DNA of 64,000 nucleotides from Candidatus Daviesbacteria bacterium (GTDB lineage Bacteria; Patescibacteriota; Microgenomatia; Daviesbacterales; UBA10151): NCBI GenBank assembly GCA_028715175.1, contig JAQUSJ010000002.1, positions 92,117 to 156,116 of the forward strand, read 5' to 3'. Shown piece by piece: positions 63,099 to 64,000 of this stretch (position 1 is its first letter; each line of letters starts with the position of its first letter). The notes under the pieces were generated by a model. It saw only the letters and a program-made list of their open reading frames with translations, ran no database searches and was not told where the DNA came from. The position numbers and the translations under genes were made by a program.

Positions 63099-64000
63099 TA
63101 AACAAAAACAAGACGGAACTGGACTTTTCGTGAGAAAAAACTACATAACAGAAAAAGGTTATCCGGAAAAGTCCAAAAAAATTACTGTTTCAGCGCCGGG
63201 AAAATTAATGCTTTTTGGAGAACATGCTGTAGTTTACGGCCGGCCTTGTATTGTGACTGCTGTTAATCAGAGAATGAAAGCCGCTGTGGAGCTGACAAAT
63301 GAACCAAGCTTCCAGCTTAATGCTCCTGATGTAGGAATTTCAAACTATAAAAAACCCATGGATCAACTAGGAATCGGTGATCCCTCGACTCCGCTCGGGA
63401 CAAGTATTCCCAAAGGAGCCAAATTTGTAGAGCTGGCTGTCAAAAACTTTACCCACGCAAGGCGTCCCCTTGCGAAGCTAAAAGGCATCAAAGTTACTAC
63501 TACATCAGAATTTTCCTCTCAGTTTGGATTTGGCTCCTCTTCTGCTTCAACTGTCTGTATAATTAAAGCTTTATCAGAACTAACCGGAGCCAGTCTTGAT
63601 AACAAGACTATTTTTGATCTTTCATACAAAACAGTTTTAGATATTCAAGGAAAGGGTTCCGGGTTTGATGTGGCAGCAGCAGTTTATGGTGGCACGCTGT
63701 ACTTTGTCACAGGTGGTAAAATTATCAAACCCCTTAAAATTGATGATCTACCAGTATTAGTGGGATATAGTGGTATTAAGTTTGATACAGTTAGACTTAT
63801 TGATGAAGTAGCAGAGAAGATGAAAAAATACCCTTCTGTCGTAAACAATATTTACGACCAAATCGCTAAATTAGTTGAAAAAGCAAAAAAAGCTATCTTA
63901 ACAAGTGATTTTATAACCTTAGGAGAACTAATGAATTTTAATGAAGGTTATCTATCAACCCTTGGCGTCGAAAGTAAAAAGTTATCTGATATGATATACG
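63087..64000 (+). CDS. Second GHMP-family kinase (phosphomevalonate-kinase- or mevalonate-kinase-like), 3' partial; not in the ORF track because no stop falls inside the window
   Basis: ATG at 63087 gives MKLNKQKQ...SAPGKLMLFGEHAVVYGRPCIVTAV...GFGSSSASTVCIIKAL, open to the window end. Confidence 0.6.

Overview
This window is a mostly co-directional chromosomal segment from an AT-rich (roughly 40% GC), reduced bacterial genome. Its hallmarks point to a Candidate Phyla Radiation (Patescibacteria) organism: a 16S rRNA interrupted by an intron that encodes a LAGLIDADG endonuclease; a 23S rRNA carrying a second LAGLIDADG intron, an insertion that encodes a four-helix-bundle 'IVS protein', and two intervening-sequence (IVS) cassettes; type IV pilins; a 4397-aa repeat-rich surface protein; an LPXTG protein; and an archaeal-type mevalonate pathway. 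That lineage call is inference.

Content in order:
- 1-5.8 kb: a divergent F-type ATP synthase operon (c-like, b, delta, alpha, gamma, beta, epsilon).
- 6.0-19.2 kb: a giant membrane-anchored protein with an N-terminal MerR-like helix-turn-helix (HTH) domain, a LamG/ConA-like domain and dozens of G-N-V-G-I-G-T repeats.
- 19.2-32.5 kb: a four-helix-bundle protein, an O-antigen-ligase/TPR membrane protein, two tRNA-Ala, an M23/LysM peptidase, Rho, an LPXTG Cys-rich protein, a 1.3 kb non-coding stretch, YacL-like PIN/TRAM protein, a LytR_C protein, RadA and an S1-domain protein.
- 32.5-44.8 kb: two pilins, 5S, 23S, tRNA-Ala, gap, pgk, a Nudix hydrolase, tRNA-Ile, tRNA-Cys and 16S, all on the minus strand.
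- 45.2-56.5 kb: a hypothetical cluster (two Gly-rich proteins, an ATPase plus winged-helix regulator, a SpoU methyltransferase) and secreted Cys-rich/PA14 proteins.
- 56.6-64.0 kb: a mevalonate pathway cluster (uppS, polyprenyl synthase, HMG-CoA reductase, archaeal-type HMG-CoA synthase, thiolase, DUF35, mevalonate kinase, second GHMP kinase).

The most unusual signal is a set of dispersed hairpin-forming repeat families.
- Family A is a heptad-built palindromic element, (CAGYYNT)n-loop-(ANRRCTG)n. It sits at nearly every gene junction, where it supplies the upstream stop codon and precedes the downstream ATG. It is also inserted in frame into coding sequences and into 23S rRNA helices.
- Family D is a 33-nt perfect hairpin found in frame inside coding sequences in both orientations.
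- Family C is a 'gacctat/taagtc' repeat that is translated in two genes.

No CRISPR array, reverse transcriptase or obvious defence operon was seen. All coordinates for RNA genes and repeats are approximate (+/- a few nt).
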